DNA from: an uncultured Verrucomicrobiae bacterium
GTDB lineage: Bacteria; Verrucomicrobiota; Verrucomicrobiia; Chthoniobacterales; UBA10450
NCBI GenBank assembly: GCA_963756875.1
Contig: CAVWPA010000003.1
Coordinates: 1,024,001 to 1,088,000 of the forward strand
Direction of reading: 5' to 3'
DNA length: 64,000 nucleotides
Each line of letters begins with the position of its first letter. Positions within the stretch are counted from its first letter, which is position 1. This document shows, piece after piece, positions 9,327 to 18,711 of the stretch. The position numbers were made by a program, and so were the translations under genes. The notes under the pieces are model-generated. The model did not search any database. It was not told the DNA's origin and saw only the letters and a list, made by a program, of their open reading frames with translations.

Positions 9327-10505
9327 ATGGGAATGTGGATTGGCCGTAATCGAAAGGCGCGCGTCACCTACGGGTTCGACGAAATCGCGCTTGTACCGGG
9401 TCGGGTCACGATTAACCCGAACGAAGTGGACATCACTTTTCATATGCCGCGCAAAGATGCAGAGCCGCTGGCGCTGAAGATCCCGGTGCTGGCCAGCGCC
9501 ATGGATGGCGTTGTCGACGTGCGCTTTGCCATCGCAATGAGCAAGCTGGGCGGGCTCGCTGTTCTGAATCTCGAAGGCGTGCAAACCCGCTACAAAAATC
9601 CACAGGAGGTCCTGCAAAAAATTGTCGAGGCGGACAAATCCGAAATCACGGCGTTGTTGCAAAAAATCTACCAGGAGCCGGTGCAGGAAGATTTGATCGC
9701 CGCGCGCATTCGCCAGATCAAGGATGGCGGCGCCATTGCCGCGGTCAGTTCCATTCCCCAACGCGCAGCGGAATTTGGAGCCATCGCCCAGGAAGCGGGC
9801 GCGGATGTTTTTGTCGTTCAAAGTACTGTTTCGACCGTGCGCCATATTTCTTCGGAATATCAATCGCTCGATCTGGAAAAATTCTGCCGCGAGATGCGTA
9901 TTCCAGTGATCGTCGGCAATGCGGTGGGCTACGACGTCACGCTGGACATCATGGAATGCGGCCCGGCCGCGGTCTTGATCGGTGTCGGACCCGGCGCGGC
10001 ATGCACTTCGCGCGGAGTGCTCGGGCTGGGCGTGCCGCAAGTGACAGCCACTGTCGATTGTGCGGCCGCGCGCGATGCTTATTTCAAGAAAACCGCGCGT
10101 TACGTGCCGATTATCACCGATGGTGGCATGAGCAAGGGCGGCGACGTTTGCAAAGCGCTCGCCTGCGGCTCGGATGCTGTCATGGTTGGGAGTGCGTTTG
10201 CCCGCACGCAGGAAGCTCCCGGTCGCGGTTATCATTGGGGCATGGCCACCCCGCACGTCAATCTTCCTCGAGGCACGCGCATCAAAGTCGGTACGACCGG
10301 CTCGCTCAAACAAATTTTGTTCGGACCGGCCGAGGTCGATGACGGCAGTCAAAATCTTGTCGGCGCCGTGACCACTTGCATGGGAAACGTTGGCGCGCGG
10401 ACCCTGGCCGAATTTCAGCAAACCGAAATCATCATTGCCCCTTCCATCCGGACCGAAGGGAAGCTTTTTCAGTCTGTCCAAAACGTCGGCATGGGCACAA
10501 GCTGA
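9327..10505 (+). CDS. guaB3: GuaB3-family IMP dehydrogenase-related protein (no CBS domains)
   Basis: YGFDEIALVP, ASAMD, GGLAVLNLEG, catalytic loop GPGAACTSR, ITDGG, VMVGS, HWGMA. Confidence 0.88.
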   Translation: MGMWIGRNRKARVTYGFDEIALVPGRVTINPNEVDITFHMPRKDAEPLALKIPVLASAMDGVVDVRFAIAMSKLGGLAVLNLEGVQTRYKNPQEVLQKIVEADKSEITALLQKIYQEPVQEDLIAARIRQIKDGGAIAAVSSIPQRAAEFGAIAQEAGADVFVVQSTVSTVRHISSEYQSLDLEKFCREMRIPVIVGNAVGYDVTLDIMECGPAAVLIGVGPGAACTSRGVLGLGVPQVTATVDCAAARDAYFKKTARYVPIITDGGMSKGGDVCKALACGSDAVMVGSAFARTQEAPGRGYHWGMATPHVNLPRGTRIKVGTTGSLKQILFGPAEVDDGSQNLVGAVTTCMGNVGARTLAEFQQTEIIIAPSIRTEGKLFQSVQNVGMGTS

Positions 10506-10541
10506 GGCCTTAACGCTCCCACGATTTAACGCTTCAACGCC

Positions 10542-11792
10542 ATGAACAACGATCGTCGCGTCGTCATTACAGGCCTCGGTGTGATCACGCCTGTGGGCAA
10601 CGATTTGGCGACTTTTTGGAAAAGTTTGACCGAGGGCAAAAGCGGCATCCGACGAATTCAGGCTTTCGATACGACCGGGTACGACTGTCAGATTGGCGGC
10701 GAGGTCCGCGATTTCGAGCCAAAGAATTTCTTCAAGAACCCAAAGGACGTCCGTCGCACCGATCGTTTTGCCCAACTCGCCATGGCCGCGGCCAAGATGT
10801 CGATCCAGGATAGCGGGGTCGACCTGGAACGCGTCAATCGCGACCGGTTCGGCGTGCTGGTCAGCAGCGGAATCGGTGGATTGAAAACACTCGAGGACCA
10901 ATTCAGCACCTTGATGAACAAAGGGCCCGGTCGCGTCTCCGCGTTCACTATCCCAATGCTCATCAGCAACATGGCGAGTGGGCTGATCTCGATGGAGTTT
11001 GGATTACGCGGCCCCAACCTGTGCATCGTCACCGCCTGCGCGACGTCCAACAACGCCATTGGCGAATCATGGCGCATGATCAAGTTTGGCGATGCGGATA
11101 TTTTCGTCGCAGGCGGCTCGGAAGCGGCCATCGTCGAACTGGGTCTGGCCGGCTTTTCTGCCATGAAGGCACTCAGCCGGCGCAACGACCAACCGGAACG
11201 CGCTTCGCGTCCCTTCGATCGCGATCGCGACGGCTTCATCATGAGCGAGGGAGCGGGTGTTGCGATTGTCGAAGAGCTCGAACATGCGAAGAAGCGCGGC
11301 GCAAAAATTTACTGTGAACTGGCAGGTTACGGACTTTCTGCCGACGCGTATCACATGACCGCGCCGCCGGAAGATGGCGAAGGAGCGGCTCGCGCCATGA
11401 AGCTGGCACTCGATCACGCCCACCTTTCGCCCGAGCAGGTTGATTACATCAACGCGCACGCCACTTCCACTGGCCTTGGCGACATCAGTGAGACCCGTGC
11501 CATCAAAATGGTGTTCGGAGATCAGCCGAAGAATGCCTCCATCAGCTCGACCAAATCGATGACCGGCCACTTGTTAGGCGGCGCCGGCGCCGTGGAAATG
11601 GCCGCCTGCGCCATGGCGATCCGTGACGGCATCATCCCGCCAACGATCAATCTCGAAAATCCGGATCCGCTCTGCGATCTCGATTACACGGCCAACAAGG
11701 CGAAGGAAAAAAAGGTCCGCGTCGCCATGAACAACTCATTCGGTTTCGGCGGCCACAACGCCACCCTCGTCCTCACCGCGTTTGAGGATTAG
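10542..11792 (+). CDS. fabF: 3-oxoacyl-ACP synthase II
   Basis: RRVVITGLG; Cys in TACATS, His in INAHATST, His in KSMTGHLLG; NSFGFGGHN. Confidence 0.96.
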   Translation: MNNDRRVVITGLGVITPVGNDLATFWKSLTEGKSGIRRIQAFDTTGYDCQIGGEVRDFEPKNFFKNPKDVRRTDRFAQLAMAAAKMSIQDSGVDLERVNRDRFGVLVSSGIGGLKTLEDQFSTLMNKGPGRVSAFTIPMLISNMASGLISMEFGLRGPNLCIVTACATSNNAIGESWRMIKFGDADIFVAGGSEAAIVELGLAGFSAMKALSRRNDQPERASRPFDRDRDGFIMSEGAGVAIVEELEHAKKRGAKIYCELAGYGLSADAYHMTAPPEDGEGAARAMKLALDHAHLSPEQVDYINAHATSTGLGDISETRAIKMVFGDQPKNASISSTKSMTGHLLGGAGAVEMAACAMAIRDGIIPPTINLENPDPLCDLDYTANKAKEKKVRVAMNNSFGFGGHNATLVLTAFED

Positions 11793-11812
11793 TAGCGCTG
11801 CCCGAAGATTTC

Positions 11813-11928
11813 CCCGCGAATCACGCTAATTCACGCGAATCGGAGAAGAGAGCTTTCTTAAACTCCCCGAATCTCGCAGGGTGTTGAACCGCCGGTTCTT
11901 GGACCTTACATTCGCGTTCATTCGCGGG
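11813..11928. repeat. Intergenic imperfect palindrome of 9-mer units (CACGCGAAT / ATTCGCGT) between convergent fabF and rarA
   Basis: cccgcgaatcacgctaattcacgcgaat ... attcgcgttcattcgcggg. Confidence 0.6.
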
Positions 11929-11955
11929 CTAAAATGGGTCCGATCGATTATTGCC

Positions 11956-13200
11956 TCACCGTTCGGGGTTCACCGGGAAGTGTTTGTTCTTGAGACGCTC
12001 GGGGACGCGCTTCGTTTGTTCCGCCTCAATCTTTTCCGTTGCCGCGTTTAACGCATCGTACGCTTCGCGGCTTTTTTTGGCTCGGCACATGTAAGCCGTG
12101 GCGTGCCCGAGCGGAATCCGCGCTTCGGGCAAACCGACGAATTCAACAGCCTGTTGCGTGGCAATCGCCAGTGGCAACGCTTCCGAGTCGGCCAGGCCGA
12201 TATCTTCGCTGGCAAAGATCACGATCCTTCGCGCGATGAAACGGAAATCCTCACCGGCGTGCAGCATCTTCGCCAACCAATACATCGCGCTCTCTTCATC
12301 GGATGCGCGCATGCCTTTGATGAAAGCGCTGATCGTGTCGTAATGCGCGTCGCCGGCACGATCGTAAACGACGGCTTTTTGCTGAATGCTTTCCTCGGCA
12401 ACGGCCAACGTGAAATGGATCACTCCAGAATCCGCTGGAGGGACGCGCTCCGTCGCGTCCTTTTGCCTTTGAGAAGGCTTGGACGACACGGAGGTCGTCC
12501 CTCCAGTTGGCGGTGTGGTGAGCACCCCAATCTCTAGTGCGTTCAAACATTTGCGCGCGTCGCCGTCGCTTAGTTTGGCCAGGTGGCGACGAGCATCTTT
12601 GTCCATGCGGACGTTGTAATTTCCGAGTCCACGCTCTTTATCGGCCAAAGCGCGATCGATCAATTGTCCCAGCTGCTCAACCCGAAGCGGTTCGAGCTGG
12701 AAAACCTGAGAGCGGGAGACCAGCGGGCTGTTGACGTAAAAGAACGGATTGTAAGTGGTCGCGCCGATTAATCTCAGATTTCCGCTTTCCACGTCTGGTA
12801 GAAGAATGTCCTGCTGCGCCTTGTTGAAATGATGGATCTCATCAATGAACAAAATGGTTTTTTGCCCGGACGTGCGAAGCCGGTTCGTTGCCGCGGCGAT
12901 CGCGCGGCGCATTTCAGCGACATTGCTTTCCACGCCGCTCAGACGCACGAATTTCGCGTGCGTCATATCGGCAATGATGTGGGCCAGCGTCGTTTTCCCC
13001 GTGCCGGGCGGGCCGGATAAAATTACCGAAGGGAGACGATCAGCCTCGATCGCGCGTCGCAGCAATTTTCCCGGCGCCAGAATATGTTCCTGCCCTGCAA
13101 ACTCATCGAGCGAACGAGGGCGCATGCGGGTCGCCAGCGGGGCGCCGGCGTTTGTGCCTCCGCGATCGACATTTTCTTCCTCGTTGAAAAGGTCGTGCAC
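11956..13200 (-). CDS. rarA: Replication-associated recombination protein A (MgsA/RarA AAA+ ATPase)
   Basis: PLATRMRP, GPPGTGKTT, LFIDEIHHFNKAQQD, GATTYNP, HYDTISAFIK, SEDIGLAD; GTG start at 13200 preferred. Confidence 0.93.
   Translation of the reverse strand: MHDLFNEEENVDRGGTNAGAPLATRMRPRSLDEFAGQEHILAPGKLLRRAIEADRLPSVILSGPPGTGKTTLAHIIADMTHAKFVRLSGVESNVAEMRRAIAAATNRLRTSGQKTILFIDEIHHFNKAQQDILLPDVESGNLRLIGATTYNPFFYVNSPLVSRSQVFQLEPLRVEQLGQLIDRALADKERGLGNYNVRMDKDARRHLAKLSDGDARKCLNALEIGVLTTPPTGGTTSVSSKPSQRQKDATERVPPADSGVIHFTLAVAEESIQQKAVVYDRAGDAHYDTISAFIKGMRASDEESAMYWLAKMLHAGEDFRFIARRIVIFASEDIGLADSEALPLAIATQQAVEFVGLPEARIPLGHATAYMCRAKKSREAYDALNAATEKIEAEQTKRVPERLKNKHFPVNPER
12436..12505. repeat. 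REP doublet lying in frame within rarA
   Basis: tggagggacg...cgtccctcca inverted termini; translates as GGTTSVSSKPSQRQKDATERVPP. Confidence 0.8.
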
Positions 13201-13267
13201 ACACAAAACTACGGCGCGCGGCGTGTTATTTCCAGTACTGCACAATGGCACGGCCTTGCTGCGAAGC

Positions 13268-13417
13268 ACCCTCACCAGGCGCTTCGTGCCTGCCGAGCCG
13301 TAGGTCGCCGCGGCGACCTACGGCTGGTCCTCGTCTCTTTCTATCCCGCCGGGAGAGACGGACGCGCAGCGCCAGTGAGGGTAAAGGAGTGGGTTTGGAG
13401 AGGGTGGAGGTGAGGGT
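13268..13417. repeat. ~150-bp composite palindromic element (CCCTCACC...GGTGAGGG family)
   Basis: Highly similar reverse-complement copy at 28411-28563; shorter relatives at 32129-32188 and 59990-60047. Confidence 0.9.
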
Positions 13418-13512
13418 GATCTCTTCCCGTTCAAATCACCGTCGACCAACGCTACCGACCGGTGCGGGCGAAGCTTGTGATTGTGTCGCTTGATCGCTAA
13501 GTTCCCGTTCAG

Positions 13513-14001
13513 ATGAAAAATATACTGGTTCCGATCGATTTTTCGGACGCAACGGCGAGGGTAATCGACCAGGCCAAACAGGCTGCGAGCGCCTTTGGCG
13601 CCGAAATCCACCTGGTACACGTGAAGGAACTGATGCCGGCGTCGCCGCCCAGCAGTTTTGGCTACGGAGTGGCAGGAACTCCTGAGCTTATGCCGATGCC
13701 GAACAGTCCTGTCCCTACCATTACTCCCGTCTCGCCGGAAATCGATCAGCGCCAGAAATCAAAGATGGCTGATTGGCAAAAGGAAATCCAGCAAGCGGGC
13801 GTTAAAGTTTTCTTGCACGTACCTACCGGGAACGTGGTCGAGGAAATTCTGCGAGAAGCCAATACACTTAAACCGGATCTGATCGTGATGGGCCGGCATG
13901 GTCATGGTGCCATGTACAATTTGCTGGTCGGGAGCGTCACCGAAGGTGTGCTTAAACAGAGCGCGTGCCCGGTTCTGCTCGTTCCGAGCGCTCGATCGTA
14001 A
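13513..14001 (+). CDS. Universal stress protein (UspA family)
   Basis: MKNILVPIDFS, LVHV, DLIVMGRHGHG, LLVGSVTEGVL, PVLLVP. Confidence 0.93.
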   Translation: MKNILVPIDFSDATARVIDQAKQAASAFGAEIHLVHVKELMPASPPSSFGYGVAGTPELMPMPNSPVPTITPVSPEIDQRQKSKMADWQKEIQQAGVKVFLHVPTGNVVEEILREANTLKPDLIVMGRHGHGAMYNLLVGSVTEGVLKQSACPVLLVPSARS

Positions 14002-14362
14002 CTTCGAAAAGCAATCATCCTGGTTTGCCGCCCTGGTCGCTTTCGTATTCGCGACCAATTTCGCCACCATGCCCGCGGCGGACTACCGCGGCGACGCCAT
14101 GGCGTTATGCTGCCGGAGCTCGTTCGCGTTTCAGTCGCGACTTTGTTAGCCAACTCGGGTCCGGCCAGTTTGCGATGTTGGAAGGGCTAAAAATGGAAAC
14201 GCACCTGAATTACTACTGGTTTCCGAACTCCGTTGAGGTCTCTCAGTAAGGCAAGGCCTGACAGAATTAACTGGAACTCTGGCCCTCTGATTCCGTAGAA
14301 GCTGCTGTGAGGGCTACTTCTGCGATGCAAAACTCAAACATCGGCGCGGTGGCAGACGGCGC

Positions 14363-16666
14363 GTGAAATTCACGAACGCGCTGCCGCGTCAGCCGTTTCT
14401 TGGTCTGACGCTGGCTGCCGTGGCCGGAATTGTGGTGGCGGAGTTGTTGCCGGTCGCGCCCTTGCATTGGTTGTTGTTCGGGACGCTTTTCGCAATCGGG
14501 GCAGCCGCTGCATTGCGCTGGCCGAAAGTAGGGCTGGCCTACGCGCTCGTCTGGTTCGGCTTCCTTGCCCTGCACGTCTTTCAAACCAGGGACACGATGG
14601 GGCTTCGCCTGGCCGCGAAACTTGGCGAGCGGCCCCGCGCTGTCCATGTGTCGGGATGGGTTGCGACCGAGCCCAAAATTGCGCCGAACAAGTTCGCAAC
14701 ATTTCTGTTCAAGCTGGAATCGATCGAATTCGAAGGAAAGACATTGCCGACTCGGGCGACATTGCTGGTTCGCTGGCGCGGCGCACCGCAACCCGGCGAC
14801 GAATTCAAATTTTTCGGGATCGCGGAGCCGATCGCCCCGCCGCGCAATCCTGGCGAGTTCGATATGCGGTCGTATCTGGCGCGCCGGGATGTGTACCGAA
14901 GTTTGTTCGTTCGTTATGCCGAAAACGGAACATTGATTCGACGCGGTGGCGCAGATCCGCTCTCGCGCGCGGCGCGGAAATCGCGGGACTGGATGCAAAG
15001 CGTGCTTTGTCGGAATTTGGACGACTCGCCCGATGTGCAAAACTTCATCAGCGGGATCGCGCTCGGCCTGCGGCACCAGACTCCGCAGGATATTGAGGAG
15101 CCGTTTCAACAGACCGGAACTCTCCATCTTTTTGCAGTAGCAGGTTTGCACGTTGGCATCGTGGCGCGGCTTCTCTGGATCGTGGCCGGCGCGGCGAGAT
15201 TGTCTCGCAAATGGGCCGTTGCAGTCATTATTCCGCTTCTTCTTTTCTATGCGGCTATTACGGGTCTGCATGTTTCCAGCATGCGTGCTGCGGTGATGAC
15301 CTCGGTCCTGCTCGGCGGTTTCTATTTTGAGCGGAGGGTCTTTACGTTGAACAGCCTGGCCGCGGCGGCATTTTTTCTTTTGGCATGGGACACCAACGAA
15401 TTGTTCGCCGCTGGATTTCAACTGTCATTTGCGGTAGTGGGCGCAATCGTCCTGCTCGCCGATCCGGCGTTTGAATCGATGCGGCGCTGTGCTGCTCCCG
15501 ATCCGTTTTTACCGCGAAGTCTATTGAGCAGGCCGCGTCGATGGGCCGGTTTTGGTTTCGAGTCGATTTGCCGGGGCGGCTCGGTTTCTCTCGCAGCATG
15601 GCTCGGGTCCCTGCTGCTTATTGTTTGGTATTTTCATCTGGTCACTCCCATTTCGCTATTGGCGAACCTGGTCGTCGTCCCGATTGCCTTTTTTATTCTC
15701 GCAATTGCGCTGGTCTCGATCTTAGCCGCACCGTTTCTTGCGCCCGTCTCGATTGTTTTTAATAACGCAAATTGGTGCCTGGCGCGACTGGTTCTCGTGC
15801 TGGTGCATTGGTTCGCGCAGATTCCCGGCGGTCATTACTACGTCGCCCAGCCGCATTGGCCGACACGAGCCAGGACTAAAATTATTGTGCTCGACGTTGG
15901 TGCCGGTGCGGCGGTGCATTTGCGGGTACCCGGGGCAAATTGGCTTTTTGATTGTGGAAGCCAGCGCGATTACGGCCGTGTCCTTCTTCCATACTTGCAC
16001 GCGGCCGGTGTGAATCGGATCGACGGATTGTTGCTCAGCCACGGCGATTCCCGTCACATCGGCGCCGCGGAATTGTTGCTTAAAGATTTTCTTCCCCGGG
16101 CTCTGATCGACAATCCGGCGCCTGACCGGTCAAGCGCTCATCGTCGATTACGCAGTTTTTTTGCAACTCGCAGGATCGAGCCGATGAATTTGAGCACGGG
16201 CGAAGATTTCAGCCTCGGTCGTGGCGTATCCGCGAAGATTCTTTTTCCCCCGCGCGATCTTCCTGCGACCAGCGCGGATGACAAGGCGTTTGTGGTGCAA
16301 TTGTCCGTCTCGCGCGCCGGCAGGATCTTGTTCATGTCGGACAGCGGTTATGCGACCGAGCAGGCGTTGCTCGATTCCGGCGCGGATTTGCGCAGCGATA
16401 TTTTGATCAAAGGGCAGCATCGTTCCGGTCAATCGGGTTCGGACGCATTTCTCGATGCCGTGAAACCGAAATTGATTGTCGCTACTTCGCGCGATTTTCC
16501 CGACTCGGAGCGAGTTAGCGACGATTGGGCGGTCCGATTGCGGGACCGCGGCATCAAACTATTTCGGCAGGACGAGACCGGCGCGGTGGAACTCTATTTT
16601 AGCGAGCGCGACTGGAAAGCGCAGGCCTACATAACCGGCGAAACTTTTCGCAGCGCCGATCGGTAA
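14363..16666 (+). CDS. comEC: ComEC/Rec2 competence protein (DUF4131 OB domain, competence domain, degenerate MBL domain)
   Basis: PRNPGEFD, GTLHLFAVAGLHVG, SSMRAAVM, GFQLSF, LDVGAG, LSHGDSRHIG. Confidence 0.9.
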   Translation: MKFTNALPRQPFLGLTLAAVAGIVVAELLPVAPLHWLLFGTLFAIGAAAALRWPKVGLAYALVWFGFLALHVFQTRDTMGLRLAAKLGERPRAVHVSGWVATEPKIAPNKFATFLFKLESIEFEGKTLPTRATLLVRWRGAPQPGDEFKFFGIAEPIAPPRNPGEFDMRSYLARRDVYRSLFVRYAENGTLIRRGGADPLSRAARKSRDWMQSVLCRNLDDSPDVQNFISGIALGLRHQTPQDIEEPFQQTGTLHLFAVAGLHVGIVARLLWIVAGAARLSRKWAVAVIIPLLLFYAAITGLHVSSMRAAVMTSVLLGGFYFERRVFTLNSLAAAAFFLLAWDTNELFAAGFQLSFAVVGAIVLLADPAFESMRRCAAPDPFLPRSLLSRPRRWAGFGFESICRGGSVSLAAWLGSLLLIVWYFHLVTPISLLANLVVVPIAFFILAIALVSILAAPFLAPVSIVFNNANWCLARLVLVLVHWFAQIPGGHYYVAQPHWPTRARTKIIVLDVGAGAAVHLRVPGANWLFDCGSQRDYGRVLLPYLHAAGVNRIDGLLLSHGDSRHIGAAELLLKDFLPRALIDNPAPDRSSAHRRLRSFFATRRIEPMNLSTGEDFSLGRGVSAKILFPPRDLPATSADDKAFVVQLSVSRAGRILFMSDSGYATEQALLDSGADLRSDILIKGQHRSGQSGSDAFLDAVKPKLIVATSRDFPDSERVSDDWAVRLRDRGIKLFRQDETGAVELYFSERDWKAQAYITGETFRSADR

Positions 16667-17220
16667 ACAGCGATGCCGCGTTGCAAAAAACGTGTTTCGA
16701 ATGTCGAAGAAGGGAACTCGCCATTTGTTTCTATCGGCACAAAATCGCGCGATTGCGCGGCTAATTGCCGGATCCAATCAAAATAGTCGCACTGATCCGT
16801 AGCGATTCGTAGGACCCCATTTTCTTCAAGCGCTGCGTGGATTGCTCTCAGGAAATCGCGTGTCACAACGCGCCTCCGTTGATGCCGTCGCTTCGGCCAT
16901 GGATCCGGGAACATGAGATGAAAAGCCTCGACCGAGCCTGGCGGGATCAAATGGTTCACGGCGTATGAGCTTTCCAAATGCAAAACACGCGCGTTTCGGA
17001 TTCTTGATGCTTTGCGGCACGCCTTCTCGATGCGGCCCGACATACGCTCGATTCCAAGGAAGTTTTTCTCGGGATAGCGTTTTGCCAAAGCAACCAGAAA
17101 CGAACCATCGCCGCAGCCAAGATCGACTTGCAACGATGCGATGCGTCCGAAGACTTTCGTCAGGTCGAGTCGCCCAACATAGGATTCCGGCATTAGTTCC
17201 ACCACGGAAGGAAATTGCAA
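16627..17220 (-). CDS. trmB: tRNA (guanine-N7)-methyltransferase
   Basis: VDLGCGDG, NFLGIE, FPDPWPKRRHQRRR, IATD, STFE; exact start uncertain. Confidence 0.92.
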   Translation of the reverse strand: MQFPSVVELMPESYVGRLDLTKVFGRIASLQVDLGCGDGSFLVALAKRYPEKNFLGIERMSGRIEKACRKASRIRNARVLHLESSYAVNHLIPPGSVEAFHLMFPDPWPKRRHQRRRVVTRDFLRAIHAALEENGVLRIATDQCDYFDWIRQLAAQSRDFVPIETNGEFPSSTFETRFLQRGIAVYRSALRKVSPVM

Positions 17221-17472
17221 CCATTGCGAGGCGATTCAACCTCGCAATCGAATTCGTAGAATGAACGTGTTCTCGTAAATGTTCCAGCCATACCCCTGCT
17301 TGCCACGGCATAGTCCCGCGGCTGCAGGACGACGGCGGGTGGGGCGTTTGGCTTTTGCGTCGCTTCGAGGCGTCCCAGAGGGCGCACAGCGCTCTGCCGA
17401 CAAGAAAAAATTGCAAATTCGATCCGGTTCGGGAACAGATTGCTGGCCTGCGGTGTCCAAGTATCAATCCAT

Positions 17473-18096
17473 ATGAAGCCATTTTTCATAAGCATCCTTT
17501 TTGTCTCGGCGTTGAGCGCGCCGGCCGTCGATTCCAGCCGTGGCCAAAGTTTTCCTTCACCCTCACCGGCCACGAGAACGGCGGTATTCGCCGGCGGCTG
17601 CTTCTGGTGCATTCAGCCGGCATTCGATAAAGCCAATGGAGTAATCAAAACCGTCGTCGGTTATTGCGGCGGCACCGAACCGAATCCGACTTACGAACTC
17701 GTTACAACGGAGAAGACGAAATATCGTGAGTCGATCGAGATCACGTACGATCCATCGAAAATTTCCTACGACCAGTTGCTCGATATCTACTGGAAACAAA
17801 TCGATCCCACTCAGGCAGATGGGCAGTTTACCGACATCGGACCAAGTTATCGCGCGGCGATTTTTTGTAGCACCGATGAAGAGAAGAAAGCTGCCGAAGC
17901 GTCAAAGGAAAAACTGGCACGCTCAGGAAAATTCAAAAAACCAATCGTCACGGAAATTCTGCCGGCGATGAAGTTTTATCCGGCGGAGGCCTATCATCAG
18001 AAATATTACCGGCAAAACCCGGGGCATTTCGAAGCATTCGAACAAGGTTCCGGGCGCACCTCGTTTCAAGAGAAAAACTGGAACAAGAAGCCGTGA
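17473..18096 (+). CDS. msrA: Peptide-methionine (S)-S-oxide reductase with Sec signal peptide
   Basis: FAGGCFWC, GQFTDIG, FYPAEAYHQKYY; N-terminal MKPFFISILFVSALSAPA. Confidence 0.93.
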   Translation: MKPFFISILFVSALSAPAVDSSRGQSFPSPSPATRTAVFAGGCFWCIQPAFDKANGVIKTVVGYCGGTEPNPTYELVTTEKTKYRESIEITYDPSKISYDQLLDIYWKQIDPTQADGQFTDIGPSYRAAIFCSTDEEKKAAEASKEKLARSGKFKKPIVTEILPAMKFYPAEAYHQKYYRQNPGHFEAFEQGSGRTSFQEKNWNKKP

Positions 18097-18106
18097 CGAA
18101 GGGATC

Positions 18107-18177
18107 TGTAGCCACGCCCCTGTGGGGCGTCCGCATCACGTCGCTCTTCCCGGACGGCGCACAGCGCCGTGGCTACA
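18107..18177. repeat. GTAG-type REP doublet (TGTAGCCAC...GTGGCTACA family)
   Basis: Inverted termini; sister copy at 29517-29591. Confidence 0.85.
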
Positions 18178-18261
18178 GCGTCCGTGTCGCCGCTGGTGGG
18201 GCGCCGTAACGCGGGTGAAGGAGCGGCCGGGCTTTCAAACTCTGTCGAGCCGACGACTAGG

Positions 18262-18711
18262 TCAAAACTTGGAGAGTTTTGCGCGTTGCGATTCGACGAA
18301 CTCGGCGCGGTCCACGGAAAGCGGTTCGTTCAAGACTTTCCCCAGTTCCTGCGACAAAACGATGGCAATGGCGCGCGCGTCACGCGTGTAAACCGGAATG
18401 GGAAACGAGCCGGCATTTCGATCGTAGCCGTAAATCGTTCCATCTGTTTCCCAAACGCAGTAGGCATGTCCTGCGGGGTGGCCGCTGTAGCGAACGAGGA
18501 GAATCTTCGCCCAAAAATTCTTGTCTAAAGCGTGCTGGGTTTCGACGGAAGCGAGATAGTTGCAGGCGGAGATGACGCAGCCATTGAGGACGACCAGGTC
18601 GTCTTCGCCCGGGGTTAGGACAACGGCCTGCTGCTGTCGGCAACTGAGGGTAACGAGGGCCAAAAGGATGGCCGAGTGATAGGCAATTTTACTGATCAGA
18701 CGGGGATTCAT
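18262..18711 (-). CDS. Putative lipoprotein, possibly transglutaminase/papain-like
   Basis: Signal peptide ending LALVTLSC; NGCVISAC...GHAYCVW...YGYD. Confidence 0.7.
   Translation of the reverse strand: MNPRLISKIAYHSAILLALVTLSCRQQQAVVLTPGEDDLVVLNGCVISACNYLASVETQHALDKNFWAKILLVRYSGHPAGHAYCVWETDGTIYGYDRNAGSFPIPVYTRDARAIAIVLSQELGKVLNEPLSVDRAEFVESQRAKLSKF

Noticed and set aside
8961..10901. 646-aa minus-strand ORF and similar long antisense ORFs (14267-15421, 25445-26611, 61884-63035)
   Set aside because: Shadows of well-supported genes on the opposite strand in GC-rich DNA; no recognisable motifs.
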